DNA of 64,000 nucleotides. It comes from Trichoplax adhaerens. Taxonomy: Eukaryota > Animalia > Placozoa. The stretch lies in contig NW_002060943.1 in NCBI RefSeq assembly GCF_000150275.1, positions 1 through 64,000 of the forward strand, in the 5' to 3' direction. The translations under genes and the position numbers were made by a program. Positions 13,788-28,739 of the stretch are shown here, piece by piece. The first letter of the stretch is position 1. Each line of letters opens with the position of its first letter. Below the pieces are notes generated by a model. It did no database searches and was not told where the DNA came from. It was given only the letters and a program-made list of their open reading frames with translations.

Positions 13788-14889
13788 CTATATAATTCGG
13801 ATTTATAAATTGCAAATATTGCACACATAATGAATGAAATCTTTTAGAATTCTTCATAAGATAGTATTACAGAAAAAAATACCTGTACTGCATGGATTAC
13901 ATCGGAGTGCAGTAGCAATAAGCATTATTAATCATAGAATAAACGTCTGTGACTACAACTAATTTCGTTAGTTGCATACAATAGGTATTATCTCGTAAAA
14001 AAGCATAATGCCAACTTGATCTTTTTTATCCGCATTGTACTTTATCATTATTATATTGTCTTAATATTTTTATTTTTAAGCATTCGATTTTTTGCGGAAT
14101 TACATAATGGAAATGAATTGTGAATTTTAGGAATATATTTTGTTAGTATCTCATCACGTATGTTAAGTTTACTGACAGAAATTATTGCAGCATGAGATTC
14201 GCTTTTTAATGTACTTAATTATTAAGGAGCAGCATGAAATTATCAAATTATTTAATAAAGAAGCATGGTAATTTTCTGAAAGAAGAAGACTGCTATAGAA
14301 TTCTGATAGAATTTAATTAAGTCTTATCGTAGAGAATATTAGAATAATAGAGTACTGAATAATTGCTTTCCAGATTCTAATGCAACCTGAGCTTGTACGA
14401 AACACAGGCTCCTAACTGAATTTCTTGAATATATTTAGCTCGAACTATTTACAGGAATTAAAATCGCCGTGCTATGTTAGCTAAATCGTACTTAGAAATA
14501 CTTTTCTCAAATAGCTTGTTAATAAATCTATTCTGCCATAAGAATTCATCCACACTAGACTTGATCACTCTTTAGTTGACTTGATACATTTAGAATCTTA
14601 CAATCTAACGTGCAATTTTAAAGTGTTCTTAGGACTACGCGAACACATTCTAATAGTATAACATTACCAACTTAAAGTATATAAAAGGCGATGTAGTACG
14701 TAATTTGGTTGTGCAGAAACCATGGAATACAGAGAATTGGTGAAGAAGCTTCAGTTTTACTACAAATCGTATTTAATCCTTATTCTTGCCATTTTATTGA
14801 AGGTTTAGTCGGCTAAGGTAGTAAATTAAGAGTACAGCGTATACCTACTCTTTGCATTAGTAGTTTGCATTGACTATTATATAAATTTG

Positions 14890-15050
14890 CTATAAATCAG
14901 CTTCGCAACAAGATAACGTAATATACGATCAATAAATCGATTCCCTCAACGACGCATCAGAGAGCAATATCTAGTGTATCAGAAACACTTTTTCCTCTAT
15001 TAGCAGACAACATAAAGGCTGAGACGGCTCGTATTTTACGGTAAACTCTA
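14890..15050 (-). mobile_element. diverged 3' fragment of LTR family A
   Basis: 'gcaacaagataacgtaatatacgatcaataa...cgtattttacg' matches 42197-42335. Confidence 0.65.
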
Positions 15051-15816
15051 ATTCTTGTAGCGCAGAACTGTATGTCTTAATAAAGTAAGTGTTGATTGTG
15101 GCTAATATAATGAAGCGATTCAATCGTAATTGTACTGTGCGTTATGTAAAGCCGCATCCAAAAACTACATTAAGTATTGTTACTAAGCAATGAACGAATG
15201 TGATATATGACTCTGCTGTCGATAAATCTTTGAATGTAATTTGTATTAATCATATAGAAATGTTATCGTAAAAGCTAGGTGATTATCTGGTTTAACCTAA
15301 TCACTTTCAACTGTTCTTATGATGGAAAGTAATTGAATTCTTCTTCAACAATAAATACAATAAACGTTTATGTAAGTCAATAATACCATGTTGACTAATT
15401 GTGATATACTGATGGTTTACTCCCATTTAACAGCTTAGAATTTTTGAACTGTCGAACTGTAAACGTAGGGTTAAAAACCCATTCACTATAAGTGTTAATA
15501 ATGCTAAATAATGATAAAATTGGTATGAATAATTATAATTTCAACGCTATACACGATATTCTATATGGTTAGGCAAAAAGACAAAAAATTTAATATTAAA
15601 GATAGAATGAAATCCTTTTCATAATAATAGATTACGTGGCGACTTACAGCAGCTGTCTTCTGTTTTCGAAATATTTTTTGGCTTAGAATTTCCCCATAAA
15701 GAACATGTAGTTGGCTTACAAACTGTAGATGATAAAGATACTCATATATTACAGATTAATCATCAAAATATATAAGTTCTAATATTATTACGTAGATTTG
15801 CTTACTATGCGTTTAC

Positions 15817-15975
15817 CTTTATTGTATAGGAACTGTTTGCTATGACCTATGTCTGGTTCTTGAATGTTAATCATCGCAGAACTGTTAACTGCTGCAACAT
15901 CCAATGGTACTAAATGGAAAAGATAATTAGGAGATTTGTAAATGCTAACCATGCTTATTTGGAGTTCATCGGACA
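15817..15975 (-). CDS. putative phase 1-1 exon, unknown extracellular domain
   Basis: tttcAG...|GTAAAC bounds a 159-nt open exon SDELQISMVSIYKSPNYLFHLVPLDVAAVNSSAMINIQEPDIGHSKQFLYNK. Confidence 0.4.
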
Positions 15976-17859
15976 CTGAAAGTAAATCTTTGAAACTAGT
16001 CTACTAAAACTGCACTTTGCATAATATTTCTTGTCCTGTATTCATGTTGATAATTAGTAAGTAATCATTTTAGTAAGCGCAAATTTAAAATTGAGGGTAT
16101 AAACTCTGTGAAGCATTTTTTAACCTAAGGAAAGACGCTGCTTGACAATACTACTACGAACTTATTTACTTGGTATTGATCTATTACTAGATATTTCAAC
16201 GACTTATCGTTGAAGGCATTTCATAAACTGGACCTTCGTAACAATAATTATAATCAGTAAGATAATTCTACAAATTGATTAAAGTACACACATAAGGCAC
16301 GTCGATAGAACTCAAGAAACTGCAGAGTACAGTAAGCGCTATGTATTTAATTGCAGAAGGTTTTGGCTCATTTTACATTGAGAACTCTATTGTTGGTCTT
16401 CATAATTAATTTAGTCACATTTCTTGCTTATTCTAGAAGCATAACTGACAGGAGTCCGTAAACTATGTAAAGCTCGAAGGTTCAGTTTTGCGATGAAATA
16501 AATCGTGAGAAATCTACCATGGCCGTATAGAATACAGTACTCAAATTCCGTAAGGATTCTTGCTTATTAAACCACCTTTAATTTGTTGCATTACGTAGAT
16601 AATTGAAAGATTCTCAGCCAGCTTTAACTAAATCGTAGGATCAGTTCTAACAATTGCAATGCAATACCAAGTTTCGAGTCTGTTTCTTTATCAACTATTA
16701 GCGAGTTACAGTGTAATATGTGTACCTTCAATTAATTGTGCTTATTAACATGTTCTGCACTTAGCAATTGCTACGTCTGAAATAGAATTATACGAATCTC
16801 ATATACTCTTAATCAAACCTTATAATGTGAAAGAGTTTCATCGATAGTACTGTATATTTCTATATAATGGGTATATTGTTATTAGAAAGTCGCTATGCTG
16901 AACTATCATAGAGAAATTCAAGAGCTTGAAGATGATTGTGAATCTAGTATTCTACAGATGGCCAATTTCAATCTTCGAAATTGTTTAATGAAGACTGGTA
17001 AAGTTAGTATTTCATAAATTTCTGACTATTCCTTCGGTTGAAATCGTCACCATTTGTAACTAGAATAATGTTTAAAATTTAAGTTACGTAATGAACATAT
17101 TCATTAGCATTTTATCAAACATAGAAGTTTTGTAAAAACACAATAACATAAGCTTTTTTAAGAGTACTGTCAATGCTGATAAAGGCAATTTAAGTTTTAT
17201 CGAAGTTCTTCGAAATGTACTCTAGTAAAATCTATTTATTATGCCTTATGAACGATGTTGATCTAAATTGTTAAGCACAGAAATCTAAGTATCATTGCAT
17301 TTTACAAAGCGGCTTGTTGGAATTTATGAAGCATTTGTGGACGTAGGTGTTGCTTGATTTTAAGCTAGCAGCATGTAAACAAATTCTGATATAATATTAT
17401 GATATTATATGTTATGTCATCGGAGGCATAATCGATTTTTTGATTTCACTAGGCCTTGATAAACTTCAAAGCCTTCAAAATATAATGATTAAGAGCTTGT
17501 TAAGGAAATGCTGCAAGTAGAATTCATTAAATTCATCTTGATAGGGGTAATATTTTACTCGTTCAATGGCTTTATCCAGCTTACCGGACGACAATATAGC
17601 CTTAATATATCAAGTACTTAATGAATAGTTAGTCCAATGCTCTAATTTATGCTAATCTATCTTATGTACCTCATTAGTAGTTAGAAATTAGTTTGAGTTA
17701 AAAATTGTTTCATATAGATGCTTAATATAATATTTATTTTTTATATCTGAGACTAAATCAGTATTATCAGACGTAGTAAGGTACGTACTCTAGATAATAT
17801 ATTAACATAATATCACAAATCCAATTTTTGTTGATGATATAGCAGATGCGAATGCTTAC

Positions 17860-17964
17860 CGCAGCCAGCTTCATCATATCGGTTCCTGCAATCTATTTTG
17901 CAATTGCAAAGTTTTCCTACATCAACCTGCTCTTTGGAAGTACCACATCTCAGCTTATTAACTC
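17860..17964 (-). CDS. LDL-receptor class A-like exon
   Basis: 105-nt phase 1-1 exon (TAG/GTAAG): VNKLRCGTSKEQVDVGKLCNCKIDCRNRYDEAGC, with the DCxxxxDExxC acidic motif. Confidence 0.65.
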
Positions 17965-20900
17965 CTACAGAATAGTCCATAGCGTGATAAGATCATTTTA
18001 ATAACAAATTGAACTGATATGTGCAGATTTCAACGATAGAGAACATTAGTTAAAAATTCGACGGTAGATACAATATAAATGCGTAATTCGTGCAACTATA
18101 CGAGAAAGTAATAATAGTTCTATATTTTTACTTTCAACATGCCTGAAACGAGTATTATAGAAGATAAAACTCCTAAAAAAGCAATAAGAACTTTTCCATT
18201 TTTTGTCATATTTGACCAAGTAAATCAGTCGTTTGAATAAACTGATTATTTCTCTATTTCAATTTGTTTATAAAGATTTTCCTTACGATGACGTAACTTT
18301 AATTACNNNNNNNNNNNNNNNNNNNNNNNNNNNNNNNNNNNNNNNNNNNNNNNNNNNNNNNNNNNNNNNNNNNNNNNNNNNNNNNNNNNNNNNNNNNNNN
18401 NNNNNNNNNNNNNNNNNNNNNNNNNNNNNNNNNNNNNNNNNNNNNNNNNNNNNNNNNNNNNNNNNNNNNNNNNNNNNNNNNACGATCAAATTTATGGATA
18501 ATTATAATTACTGGAATAGGATTATTATTCCAGTGAATCATCTAGTAGTCTATTAAAAACTATTCAATAATACAAATCACAAAAGATTTTAAAATTCGCG
18601 TCGTTATTAATTTGACCTTGGTCACTTCGCTTGTACGAATTAGTCACCAAACTCTTGAATTTTACAGTAGTTTAGTACAATATTTAGTAGGTGCAATACA
18701 AAATCACTATAAAAATGATTACTTCAGAAAAATATCGTTGGACGACGTGTTCAGTTTAGACAAAAGTCACTTCATCACTACATGCAATGTTACTACGTGC
18801 ATTTCATAGGTATCCAGGATTTGACGGAACTAACTTAAATTCACGCTTTAATAATTCTAATAATTATTACCTTTTGGTAAATTAATGAAATTAACCGGTA
18901 AGGATATTTAATTAGATTCACAGTATCTTATTCTATTCTACTGTTGCAGCTCATAATAAAATTAGTCAAACTAAACAGAAATAAAAGCCTATTTATTAAA
19001 GTTTATAAAAATTGTAAGCTAGTCTGAAAATAAGAAAGTAGCACAATACATCAGTTTTTAATCCAATTTTGCTACAGGATATCGTATAGAAGTGTAATTT
19101 TTTATATATTTTATGGATTAAATGTAGCTATTATGAAAGTGTAGTATTGTAACCAAACTCAGACAATTTGACTTACCGATATGCCGTATAGTTTGTAGTA
19201 AGACATAAGCATATAATGGTCATAGATTGGAAAGTATTCCTTTTCTTAATTTTGCTCTCCTAAGTCAGTCGTACTACTGAGTAAGAATGCGATGATCATA
19301 GAAGATAGCTAGAAACATTTATCATTCAATAATAAGTAAATTGCGATATGCTAGGTGAAATAGATGTATCTTTCGCTTGTGATTTTTTTCAATTTCGATA
19401 AGGATTGTGTATCATCCCTTCGTAACCGGTAATTACTAACATATCGCGATCAGATGTTATATCAAAGATTGATGATAAATCCAAAATATAATACCAGTAA
19501 TCGTTCTGGTAAATTACGTTTTTTATTATCAATTCAACCTAACATCATAGTTATGAAGGATTTCAAATTGGCATTATCTTTTAACTTATATTAAGATAAA
19601 CGCAGTCTTTTAATAAAGTAATTCATATATCCAGGGTTATCGCAGACACCTGATTATCTGTTGTGTTCAGTGTAGTGTTTACTTCTAAATACGGTATAGC
19701 CTATTTTTAGTAAAAGTCAATTCCCACTAGATTGTAGCATAACTCTAAATATGTATAATTTATATTTAACAAAATACTCTGTGGAAATCGCTTTGAACCT
19801 AGCTGAATTATATCGTAGCCCTGTCGTAACATAGAAGTAACATATTCTTATTAGTCATTTATGATTTCCTCCTGCTGTGCTTTATACATTATAAAAGCTA
19901 TCTTCTTTCACCTATCTCGTTAGTTAGTTGTGCTAGTTACACGGTAAGCTTGCACGCTTTACCTATGCTACATTACTATAGCTATTCGACTAGTCACGTC
20001 GTTATACACGCTGTAATCTCATACGGTTTTTCCTTTACACTAATTCCAATAAACTCTATTCCTCTACTAAATTAACTCTGGTAATTTACTGTGATCATGA
20101 CGAATCCACAATCTTCCGAAACATCACATTCAGGTTTGTTAATATTCCACTTTATAGTAATAGTAAAAGACTATTACTTGGTCATTACAATTATGCTCTA
20201 GGATTTTATTTGTTTCTGCATTAGTAATATCAGATATAAGAAATAAAGGGAAAAATGGACAATATTTAAACTTGTACCGATCCTTCACATCAGCCAGAAT
20301 TATATTTATGGCACTGTAGTTGCACTGCAGCAAGTAGAAATATAGCCATGGTTTAGTACTTTACTACTTCAATTAACTGAAATCATTACAGTAACAAAAA
20401 TATTAATATCGAAGTTTTGTTTTCAATCTTCATGCTATTATCAGACTTCAATTGGCCTAGGCCGGTGTAATAATGTGTCTATCGAAACGCAACGACTTCC
20501 ACAACTTGAAGGAAAATCACTTTATTACAATAATTACGTCTTCTACCAAGGACTAGATTATCTATGGCTACTCTGTCTTCGGAGATAAAATCTCCTGCTT
20601 ATATACAATTGTGTACAGAGTATCTTCGTGACACATAAATCATTATCTACCTTAATAAGGCTAACATCACACCTCTAGCGTACCTGGAGGTGCCAAACAG
20701 TATGACTAATAACTTTTACAATCCGTATTGCAATTACTGATACAAATCCTCACATATTTAATCTCACTCTACGATCTAGCACCTATACAAGCGTATCTAT
20801 CTTAATTAGCCTAGTAATTACGTCATGCACGATATTCACACATACTGTATATAATCTTAAGCTATATTTGGGCTGCACTACAGCCGGCCAATAAAATCGA

Positions 20901-23339
20901 TGAGCAGTATGTTCAATTCCACTTGGCTACCGTTGTTCATCGTGACTGTGGGACTCACCGCTGACAACACTTTTGCTACCCTACTTTAAAAGTCTTATAT
21001 AACAAATAATTTTCTTAAAGGATGTGTACACTTATTGGGACTATATTTGACTATTATGCATAATTGCCGATACTTGGGCTTAGGCATAATCTACGTACTA
21101 GCTTATTGAATACTAATAGGATACACAACGGACCGTCTAACCATTGACTGTAATAATACCTAATACATTATTAATCAGCACAAGTATTACGGATGCTTTA
21201 AATATTTTTGACTTAAACTACGTCTATAACTCCTTAAAAAAACCTTTACATATCGCAATGGTTTCAAATAAAATCGAATTCTATTTTTTAATTGGGAAAG
21301 AAAGAATAAGCTTATGATATTTTTATAGCTACCTTGATCTAAATTTAAATTATACGAATATAGTGCTGTATTCTTAAATTAACAAAAACTTTCTTGTATT
21401 TAATTGCAAGTTGAATACTAATTATACTAGTATTATAACATATGCGATGTAGATTTGCTAGAATTAGTTATACTAAAATGATATTGTTTTAACGAATTAT
21501 GCCTAAAAAATTGATTACATTAAATGTACGTAACGCTCATTCATAGAGCAAATTGTTTGTGCTATATCAAGTGCAGTGGTTAAAAATTTGTTGATTACAA
21601 TTTGATGTTAACTGTATCCATTAGTAAATAGCTAATTTGCTGATAGCCTAAACGATTATGCCGACTTCGGTAATGCTTTTTGTAGTATTTTCATCGAACG
21701 CTAAAGGTATATATTAGAGGTATCTTTTAGTATATTATCCAATATCGAATTTAATAATAATTAATGATGGTTCTTATCAACTCTTAGTGCAATCATTTTC
21801 ATCAAATCTATTCAGGCAGTTACGGTTACAATCACAAAATTGATTTATTTGAATTTCTGCATGATAGGGTATTTGATTCTAAAAGCAACTTAAACTACAT
21901 TATTTTTGAGCAAGAATTCTAATGGATTTTCTACAATGCTTAGAAGAAATCAGTATCTACAGGAAATTAAGAACTTAACACGCTTTTATTTAGAATTTGG
22001 TATTAGCTCCATCCATTGATATTGCCTTAGTAATAGAAATATGCTATGGTAATTACCCAGGAGGAATGAGATAAAAAGCAATCCACAAAGGAAAAAATGT
22101 CTATAATTATTAAATATCATTTTTACTGATGATATGTGCTAAAGGGTGGGATATTTTCACTGATCTAGCAATAATTAATATTATATACTTTATTTTCATC
22201 AACAAAGCATACATGTAATTGATTATTCTACGAATCAATAGAGCCTTATTCCATAAAGTAATAATGATCTTTCACATTTCACATCCTCTTAATTAAATGG
22301 TATTAGCTGTTTCCTGGCTACCTGTCAATTCTATGTTAATTGTCGCCATGAGACCATTTTGAACAAAACGACTCCTGAAAAATATCCCGAGTAATTTTAA
22401 TTAGTGAGCCAGTGTGTCAAACTACTGTCATACTGTCTACAACGACTGAATTATTATGCTTCGTAGACTTGCTTATAAATATGTTTATGGTTCCTAGAAA
22501 GCCAATAAAAAGTTACTATCAGTTATTCATCTACCAATATTGATAAGCCAAGTTTAAGCACTAGATGGTACTAAAGATTTACTAATACGAATAAATTTTT
22601 GAAGTTTTTTCTAGCCGGAAGTTCATTACCTAGTTGCACTCTTTCCTAATAAATAAATAACACCTACTTATAACAGGGTACCATTACTAAAATTTGCTTG
22701 AAGAGTTATGTTATAAAACAAAACTTAATTAATATATCGCCAAAATCAAAGATTGCAGACACAGAAATATGACTATTGGCTATATTTCTATCCAAATACT
22801 TGCTATACGTCACGAAAAAGCTTTAAGGCTTATTCTTGGAGTTTTATAATCTGGCTTATTGTTTATATTGAAGCTAAATTATTAACGTCTATGAATTTTG
22901 CTTTTTAGCAGTCAAATTATTAATTTCATAGTAAAGCTTAAATGAGTAAAACAAAATGACAATTATTTTCATATATAGGATAACAATTTTAAAGATTCGA
23001 TTTCGGTTTTGAAGCTTTAATAAGAGTTACGATAATTAATAATTTTTTAATATATCTTTACTTTGCAAAATTTTGGCATAAGTAGAGGGTTTAACTCATC
23101 AAAATTCGATGATTGAAGGTTCGCTTTATTTGGCTTTGTAATTTTAAATTAAATTTCCGCCTCTAAATGACTGGTTTGTATACTTGTTTATGCATGTGTA
23201 AAACATTAAATTTTAAAATTCTCAAATCGACGTCGATGCAATTTTTCTTCTATAATTTCAAAAACAAGCCATATCATGAAATAAAACATGAAATTTTTTG
23301 CGTTCAATTATGGCCACTAATATACTATATTTAGTACAC

Positions 23340-23767
23340 TTAATTCTAGAAATAAAATTTCTGCGTAAACTGATTTATTTCGCAGATAAGAACAATGACC
23401 CAAAGATACATTATCTTGCACAATACCATACCAACTCTGCTATACATACGTAACATGCCCAATAAAATTTTTAAGATTATAAAAGTGATTGCACCATCTT
23501 TAGTGGTGGGGAATAGCACTATTATAGAATATGGTGTCGTAGAGTATCTTGATAAGCTTACTAGATATAAGAGCGCATGCTTTTAGTAGCATTTTCGGAT
23601 TGTACCTTTATCTGTCAAAAGATGTGGTAGGAATATCATATTACCAAAGCCTAAATCTATCCTTTTAAAAGTCTTACAATCAATAGTTCTGCTGTACTAA
23701 ACCTAGCTAATCTACAAAAAACTTTATTCAAAGAACTCATTAATTGCTATTCTTACCCAAATCAGCC
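23340..23767. repeat. dispersed repeat family C (inverted copy at about 53771-54212)
   Basis: About 430 bp of reverse-complement similarity, from 'ttaattctagaaataaaa...' to '...cccaaatcagcc'. Confidence 0.75.
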
Positions 23768-24845
23768 AGCTCTATTCGTTTAAGCAGGCTGATTTGGGCG
23801 AGAATAGCAATGAGTGAGTTCTTCGAATAGACGCCCATGCAAATTGAAGCTTTCTTCGCATAAAAAATATTAAATTAATCATATTTATTGTAATTTAATA
23901 ACTAAACTAGTCAGTGCCGGACACAAACTAATAGCATATATAGATGAAAAGATAATTAATATATAATTTATTTATAAGAGTAATCTAATCTATATTCCGA
24001 ACATCAGTACAAGCCATACAGTATTGGCCAATAGTACAGTATAAAGAAGATTAGTAACTTCCATTTTGAGAATAAAACAAAATTTACTGTAATTCCCTGT
24101 AGCATATATATTGTTATCTAGCTAATACAATGTGGTCATGCTGTTTTGAATTGCAACCTTTAAGCATGAGCAATAGTAATACTAATGCAACCTTTATAAT
24201 TATAGATAACTTAACAATCATATTTGGTATTGATTGCTATATTATATAGAAAGTAATAAGATAATTATATCTTAGTCCATAACAGCCAAGATAAATAAAG
24301 AATTTTGTTATATCTAAGCCACGCATGAGAATAACTGAAAACTATTTACGCATGACGGTAATGGTTAGTAGAGATAAAATTCAGCTCTATACCGTTCGAT
24401 TTCCGTGTCATTACAAATCTTAAGATTTGATTACTACATCGCAATACTCGTTTAGTACCTTTATTAATTTCGATTTTAAAAAAGTCTTATTTGGACTTCT
24501 TCTATNNNNNNNNNNNNNNNNNNNNNNNNNNNNNNNNNNNNNNNNNNNNNNNNNNNNNNNNNNNNNNNNNNNNNNNNNNNNNNNNNNNNNNNNNNNNNNN
24601 NNNNNNNNNNNNNNNNNNNNNNNNNNNNNNNNNNNNNNNNNNNNNNNNNNNNNNNNNNNNNNNNNNNNNNNNNNNNNNNNNNNNNNNNNNNNNNNNNNNN
24701 NNNNNNNNNNNNNNNNNNNNNNNNNNNNNNNNNNNNNNNNNNNNNNNNNNNNNNNNNNNNNNNNNNNNNNNNNNNNNNNNNNNNNNNNNNNNNNNNNNNN
24801 NNNNNNNNNNNNNNNNNNNNNNNNNNNNNNNNNNNNNNNNNNNNA

Positions 24846-25402
24846 GAACGATATCTGCACTATCACAAACACTTTTGCTCTACTAGTAGACTACACAAAG
24901 ACTTAGACGCCTCGTATTTTACGTTAAACACTAAGTTTGAGAATTCTCTTTATTTCACGATATACTGCATTTATATACTATTCCTCAATAGTTCATGAGT
25001 CATAGTTAATACAATTAACATTAGAATCATTTACTGAATTAGATATTAATTTTAGCTACTGCTCCCTTAATGCAGACAACAGTATTTACGAACATAGACA
25101 TGTAATGACTAATACAGAATAGTCAGATCACGATATGTCCTATCACGGAACATTTCCATGATAATTTACAGTCTACCATAAGTAAATTACAATCACAATG
25201 ATTAGAACTGTAAGTAGATGATTTGCATTCCCTATTATAACTATTAATTTCAGTATGTGTATAAGTGTCACTGTCATAAAAAGTCAGTGTTATATTAAAA
25301 GACAGTATATCCAAATTAGAAGTTAACTAAATAAGGATAGGCTAACAAGAATTATCCTAACATAGATATTTCTACTCTAATACAGTATATAACATTGTAG
25401 CA
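24846..25402 (-). mobile_element. solo LTR family A copy (truncated by N-gap)
   Basis: Near-identical to 7164-8366 without the nested insertion; explains the repeated 63-aa ORF in the track. Confidence 0.8.
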
Positions 25403-28400
25403 GTAACATAAGAGAAAAATAACTTTATTGTTAAAAAAGCAACGTAATAGCGGCTTACTTTTCATTACCTCAAAATCAAAGTATATTAACGGTATTATTT
25501 TTATCTGGGAATAAATCTAATGTAAATAATTATTTCATCATCATAGGATGAAGAAAATAATTAGTTTTTGGTGATTCAAAAAGAAAAGAAATGTAGTTGA
25601 ATGATTGACTAGGTCGTAATGTTGACAGTAATATTTGCTGTTTAAAGTAAAATTGTAGATGTTGGCGTAAAAGTTATCTTTAGAACAAAATATAAAGTAA
25701 TTTTGACAATTTTGTAACAGTAACTAGCATTGGTAGGGCAGCCCTAAGCATTAACAATCAACATACAGTAGAAGATTTACTAAGTCTTACGTATAAATAT
25801 TATTCTATAGAAGAAAAAATGTAAATATTTCAGGATATAAACGACCTTTTGCCTATATACTGTTTAATATAGAAGTGAAATCTGTTTTAACAACTTCCTA
25901 ATATGGATCAATGAATAGAATATAATTCATTTTCCCATGAGTTGCCGTAATGCAATTAGAACAAAGAAGCCACAACAACAATTCTAAGATGGTTAACAGA
26001 ATAATTTATATTAGTAGTTTGTATGTCAAAGAAGAAAATTAGGAAAGCAAAATATGGTTATTATCCATCTAATTACTTCCAAACTTTATATCTGTTTAGT
26101 AAGCTCCCTTGCAGCCAAAGTCTGTAGAATCAGTTTTCTTACTATTAAGAACTGATGGTATGGTTGAAGAAAGTAAAACACTGATATAATTTACGTCAAT
26201 AAATTTCAGATTCGGCAATGTATATGAAGTAAGGCTAATATATTTGATAACGTTATTACTTAATCAAAATGTAAGCATTTATTTTAATGTTCTCGATAAT
26301 GGAAAATGACGTATTGGAACTGAATTTTATAGCTAGATAAGTATACCAGTTCATTTATAAATACGTCCGCTTCAATTTTCTGAGGTTTAATGATGCAAAT
26401 ATGAGTTCAATCATTATGATTCGGTTGGAGTGAAATCGTTATGATAAAAGATGTTTTGTTGCTTTCAACTGTGCGCAATTAACTCGATGTTTGTCAGTAC
26501 TAATTCATGTTAGCACAACTTCGACCCTCTAGTAACACCTGAAATAAATTGCTATTCAGAATTAATTCTATTCAACCATCGATTTATTTTAGTGAAATAT
26601 GGGGGGTCAGCTTCAAAAATGCTGAGGCCTACCGTAACTATTCATTTACGGATTTACCGTTTATCAATAGATAGTTCTAATTTGTGCTGAGTAAGGTGCC
26701 AATACTATGCACGTGAAGTAAATTTTAATGAGAATATATTACAGCAGTTTTCAAGAAGAGAAAGTATTTTCTACTTCTCCTTCCTTTAATTTATGGGATT
26801 TAGGTAAAACTATCTATCATGCTTAATGTATGGCTGATAATTATAATGGGCAAGAAGTAATCCAAATTTAACTATCATATTTAAATCACCCATAGCTTAC
26901 TACTAGTTTCCACTATTCTTGAAAGACAAAAGTAGTTTATCTTGATTAACTATAATTCGCCGTTTATTTTATAATATGAATCAATACAAACCTATTTTAT
27001 CGTCAATAACTTAAGGATCAATGCAAAGTTTGCAAGTGATTTTAACTTTTGAAGGTAATTAACTTAGCAGGTTGAGCGTTCAAAGTTAAATCGAATTTGT
27101 TCGCGAATTATTAGATTTAAGGTGAAGAGTTCAAGTATGGTTTATGTAATCTGTAACCTTTCGATTAATTAGAGATTGATTTTAAAAAATGAGTAATTGC
27201 TATCATGTTGGGCTTTCGCGATGCGATGTCTGCCCTCTTAAAATTGAGTCTATTAAACAACGAATAAAATATGCTTGTATGTAAAACTGCTCCAAACATC
27301 AGCTGGGTAATTCTCTTATAGCTGATTTTAAAATGATAAAGTAACGTCTCAACTTACCGCTGAATAATGTACGGTTGCTTTAATAATTTTCATGTTTTTT
27401 GCTCTAGCGTCAATTTATAGCAGTAGCATTTGGTTTAAAAGTGTTATACCAGATTTCTAATCGTATTAATTTTTGAGTGTGGTATATGCTATATTTGCTA
27501 AGTTTAATTACAGTATTCAGCTCTCACAAATATCTCAACCCAATTGCCTCCATTGGACGCGAATTCTCTAGTGAATGAATCAGATTAAATGTTAGGTCTC
27601 TAAAACATGAAATGAAATTATAGGATTAATTCGGATTATATAAAGTATGTTCAAACGGTGAAGTAACCCAAATGAAATTGTTAATCTTAGAGTTATCCAC
27701 ATCAGCATAATAAGCTTAGAAATTAGTTGTATATTAATCTATAAATAAACATAAAGATATCTATCATTTTAGCTAACATAGTAGATGCTTGCTTAAAATA
27801 TTAGATACTTCAACCAAAGATTAAAACAATAACTTGGTATATAAAATATAAATATTCAGAAAACGATAATATGAAATCGAAATCTCGTTATTTTATATAT
27901 TTTGCAATGTAGACTAGCAGTTCCTCAATCTCAGCATATTCCTATTAGCGTAGCATAATGTTTATCAAGTACCGTATTCATTGTTAGCAAACACTAGGGC
28001 TAGGACTATACTATATGGGATATAACATTAATATAACTTTGTCCTTGTCTTATGTCCATGGTTCAATGAGTGGCTAAAAAGCTTATGTAAGATTACGAAA
28101 CAATTCTGTGAAATTTTTTTAGTAGCTTATGATTATTTAAAAGTACTATCGCTTAATGGCAATATTGCATTCTATTGCATCACGCATTAAAATGGATTAC
28201 GAAAGAACATGCGCTTACTATAACTCAAACCGAATTACTCTAACTTTTGAAATAAAAATATCTGTAATATAGTAACTGACACAAATACATACCAAAAAAC
28301 TCGTCTGTTGACGAATTACGAATATACCAACAGAAATAACGCTACAACCTCGCAATATTATAAGATTAAAACACGCATGCCATCTATCCAAGTAGATTGT

Positions 28401-28739
28401 TTTCAATCTGTACTTATCTAGGACCAATAGTATTTTAAATAAGTATACGCTACTATTCTGTACGGTAGTTTAGGATCAAAAATCAATTGTGCTATTAATT
28501 ATGAAGAATCATAAAATTTCAAAATTATGGGCTAACATTTCGATAAATGCTAGAAAATTTCGCTATTGAAATACTTGTGATAAGCAGCATGCTGATATGG
28601 CTTCTAGCTACATAAAGATGAGTAAAATTAGAATACATTAATATACTGCTTCTGGCATTTTTCGTAATAAATATTCATTCTTTATCATTTCAAAAGTTAG
28701 TTATCGCATAACAAAAATTTCTGAAATAGTAGTTAATAT

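Noticed and set aside
19800-21250. Possible decayed Penelope-like element (YIG-like and degenerate hammerhead-like words)
   Set aside because: The motifs need several frameshifts and mismatches; not supportable without a search.
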